Source: the human T2T-CHM13v2.0 reference genome, Homo sapiens
Assembly (NCBI RefSeq): GCF_009914755.1
Contig: NC_060930.1
DNA: 64,000 bases
Direction: 5' to 3' (one strand)
Of this stretch, positions 60,419 to 64,000 are shown in pieces (the stretch's first letter is position 1; the number at the start of each line of letters is the position of its first letter). The position numbers and the translations under genes were made by a program. The notes beneath the pieces are model-generated. The model ran no database searches. It was given only the letters and a program-made list of their open reading frames with translations, and was not told where the DNA came from.

Positions 60419-60927
60419 TGTTATAAACAAAGTTTTGGTGCCACAAAAGAAGTAGCACTCGAATATAACATTTTCTTTTCAATCCTCAGCAAGGCAATGT
60501 AATTCTATAGAAGGGTGCTTGCTTACAGATGGAGCAATGGTGAGTGCACACCTGGAAAAAGGAGGGGAAAGTGTTCTTATCCCTGATGCACATGGCCTCT
60601 GCTGCTGTGTCATTCCCCTATTGGCTAGGGTTAGACAGCACAGGCTAAACTAATTCCGCTTGGCTAATTTAAAGAGAATGACAGGGTGAGTGGTTTGGCA
60701 GGAAAAGTGGTTATGGCAGAGCAGGAAATCAGAATGAGTCAGGGTGGAGAATGAGCAGGTAATAGGAATGAGTCAGAGTGGAGCCGATAATCGGAATGAG
60801 TCAGGGTGGAGCAGGTAATCAGAAAAGGTTTCTTTACAAGGAAGTTAAGTTTAAAAGTAGAAGGTAAAGCATTGAACATGCTGACATATTGATTCTTTGA
60901 AGAGAAATCTAGAACTCATATCTAACA
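60419..60927 (-). mobile_element. LTR10 (A/F-like, ERV1/HERV-I) solo LTR
   Basis: Reverse strand begins tgttagatatgagttctagatttctcttcaaagaatcaatatgtcag; TG..CA ends; TSD tcta 60415-60418 / 60928-60931; internal repeat with three TGAGTCA. Confidence 0.88.
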
Positions 60928-61525
60928 TCTAGTAGTGATTATTTTATATATTTAGGAGCTCCAGTGTTAGGTGCATATTTTTTTAGGATTGTGACATTCT
61001 CCTGTTTGACAAGTTCTTTTATAATTATATAATGTCCCTCTTTGTCTTTTTTAACTACTGTTGTTTTAAAGTTTATTTTGTCTGATATAAGAACAGATAC
61101 TTCTGCTTGCTTTTTGTGTCTATTAGCAAGGAATATCTTTCTCCACCCCTTTAGCTTAGGTTTATGTGAGTCCTTATGTGTTAGGTGAGTCTTTTGAAAA
61201 CAGCAGATACTTCATTGGTGAATTCTTATCCATTCTGCCATTCTGTATGTTTTAACTGGAGCATTTAGGCCATTTATATTCAACGTTAGTATTCAGATGT
61301 GAGGTACTATTCTATTCATCTTGCTATTTGTTGCCTGAATACTTTGGTTTTTTCATTGTATTTTTGTTTTGTATGTACTGTATAATTTATGCTTTAAGGA
61401 GGTTCTATTTTGGTTTATTTCTAGGATTTGTTTCAAGATTTAGAGCTCCTTTTATCAGTTCTTGTAGTGCTGGCTTGGTAGTGGCAAATTCTCTCAGCAT
61501 TTGTTCATCTGAAAAAGACTGCATC

Positions 61526-61844
<319 letters not shown>

Positions 61845-64000
61845 TTATGAAGCTTAGTTTTGCTGGATACAAAATTCTTGGCTGATAATTGTTTTGTTTA
61901 AGGATGTTAAAGATAGGAACCCACTTCCTTCTAGTTTGTAGCATTTTTGCTGAGAGATCTGCTGCTAATTTGATAGGTTTTCCTTTATTGGTTACCTGAT
62001 TCTCTTAAGATTCTTTCCTTCCTCTTGACCTTAGATAACCTAATGACTATGTGCTTAGGTGAGAATCTTTTCATGACAAATTTCCCAGGTGTTCTTTGAG
62101 CTTTTTGTATTTAGATGTCTGGATCTGTAGCAAGGGTTGGAGAGTTTTCCTCGATTATTCCCTCAAATAAGTTTTCTAAACTTTTAGATTTCTCTTCTTC
62201 CTCAGGAATGCTAATTATTCTTAGGTTTGATCATTTAACATAGTCCCAGACTTCTTGGAGGCTTTGTTCATTTTTTGAAATTCTTTTTTCTTTGTCTTTG
62301 TTGGATTAGGTTAATTCAAAAACCTTGTCTTTGAGCTCTGAAGTTTTTTCTTCTGCTTGTTTGATTCTATTGCTAAGACTTTCTAATGTATTTTGCATTT
62401 CTCTAAATATGTCTTTTATTTCCAGAAGTTGTGATTATTTTTATTTATGTTATCTATTTCACCAAAGATTTTTCTCTTCTTTCTGTGGTGCCTCCTTGAT
62501 TAGCTTAATAATTAACCTTCTGAATTCTTTTACTTGAAATTCAGGGATTTCCTCTTGGTTTGGATAGTGTTTGGGAGCTAGTGTAATCTTTTGTGGGTGT
62601 TAAAGAACCTTGTTTTGTCATATTACCACAATTATTTTTCTGGTTTCCTCTCATTTGGGTAGACAATGTCAGAGGAAAGACCTGGGGCTCAAGGTTGCTG
62701 TTCAGTTTTTTTGTTTGTTTGTTTGTTTATTTGTTTTTGCCCCATGGGCACTCCCTTGATGCAGTGCTCTTCTCTTTCCCCTAGAGATGGGGTTTCCTGA
62801 GATCCAAACTGCAGTGATTGTTATTTCTTTTCTGGATCTAGCCACCCAGGGGAGCTACCAAGCTCTGAGCTGGTACTGGGGGGTATCTGCACAGAGTCCT
62901 ATGATATGATCCGTCTTCAGGTCTGTCAACCATGGATAACAGCACCTGCTCCAGTGGAGGTGGCAGGGAGTGAAATGGACTCTGTGAGTTTCCTTAGTTG
63001 TAGTTTTGTTTATTGCACTAGTTTTGTGTTGGTTGGCCTCCTGCTGGGGAGTGGCGCTTTCAGGAAAGCATCAGCTGCAATAGTACAGAAAGGATCTGGT
63101 AGGGGTGGAGCCCTAGAGCTCCCAAAATGTTATGTTCTTTGTCTTTGGCTACCACGGCAGGTAGAGAAAGACCATCAGGTAGGGGCAGGGCTAGGTGTGT
63201 CTGAGCTCAGACTCTTCTTGGGTGGGGCTTGCTGTGGCTGCTGTGGGGGATCAAGGTGTGGTTCCCAGGTCAATGGACTTATGTTCCCCAGAGAATTATG
63301 GCTGCCTCTGCTGTGTCAAGCATGTTGCCAAGGAAGTGGGGGAAAACAGGCAGTTACAGGCCTTACCCAGCTCTCAGGCAGCCCAGAAGGCCAGTCTCAT
63401 TCCAACTGTGGCCTCCCAAAAGAATCAAGTTTATTTCTAGGCAGCAGATGAGCAGGGCTGAGAACTTGCCCCAGGCTACCAGCCTCCCAGCTGAGAAACC
63501 AAGCAGGGCTTTCAGGTTTTGTGCCTCCCCACCTGCTGTGGCTTCTGTGTTGTGTCTACCCTCCCAATTCACCCCTTCCCCAAGCTCTCTCCAGGAAACT
63601 TTGCATTTGGTTGAAATTGTTACAAAGTTCAGCTAGGAGTTTCATTCTCCCTATGGTCTTTTCCCAGTTCCTCTGGTAGCCTTCCCCAAGCACCTGTGTG
63701 AGACAGTCAGAAGTGGCTTCCCTGGGGACTGAGAGAGCCCACAGGGCTCTTCCCACTGCTTCTCCTACCTCTGTATTTCACTTGGCTCTCTAAATTTGTC
63801 TAGGCTCTAGGTAAGGTTAAATCCTTCTCCCATGCTCTGGACCTTCATGTTACTCAGGGAGGGTGTGTGTTTGGGGACAGACAATCCCCCTTTCACACTT
63901 TCATACTTGGGGCACTCACAGTTTTTTTTGGCTGTCTTCCAGGGCCTTCAGGAGCAATCCACTTCCTTTAAAGGGTGTATGTATTCTCTGGGCTTCCCTG

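Noticed and set aside
62906-63756. Overlapping 66-181 aa ORFs
   Set aside because: They lie in the GC-richer L1PB 5'UTR, have no recognisable domain, and are expected by chance.

Overview
Primate (human-like) genomic DNA: AT-rich, intergenic or intronic, and mostly interspersed repeats. I find no protein-coding exon, RNA gene or CRISPR array. The interpretable ORFs in the track are LINE-1 ORF1/ORF2 remnants, Alu read-throughs, simple-repeat translations, or one ERV-L pol (dUTPase/integrase-end) relic. Main content: one full-length but inactivated L1PA3-like element (48264-54423, +); large older L1PB/L1PA/L1MC pieces, mostly on the minus strand; two 5'-inverted (twin-primed) L1s; about 10 Alu/FAM elements; several solo LTRs (LTR33-like with ERVL internal sequence, MLT1, MST, MER31, MER61, LTR16, MER4, LTR10); and MIR, L2 and hAT fossils. 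I could not find a new biological system. The most interesting signals are: apparent gene conversion between two neighbouring inverted L1s, a chimeric double-3'-end L1, a twin-primed L1 missing ~2.7 kb, several local templated-insertion scars, an ancient palindrome with two paired-homeodomain sites, and an LTR10 with an AP-1 motif array. Subfamily names come from recalled consensus features, not a RepeatMasker run. Boundaries of old elements are approximate.
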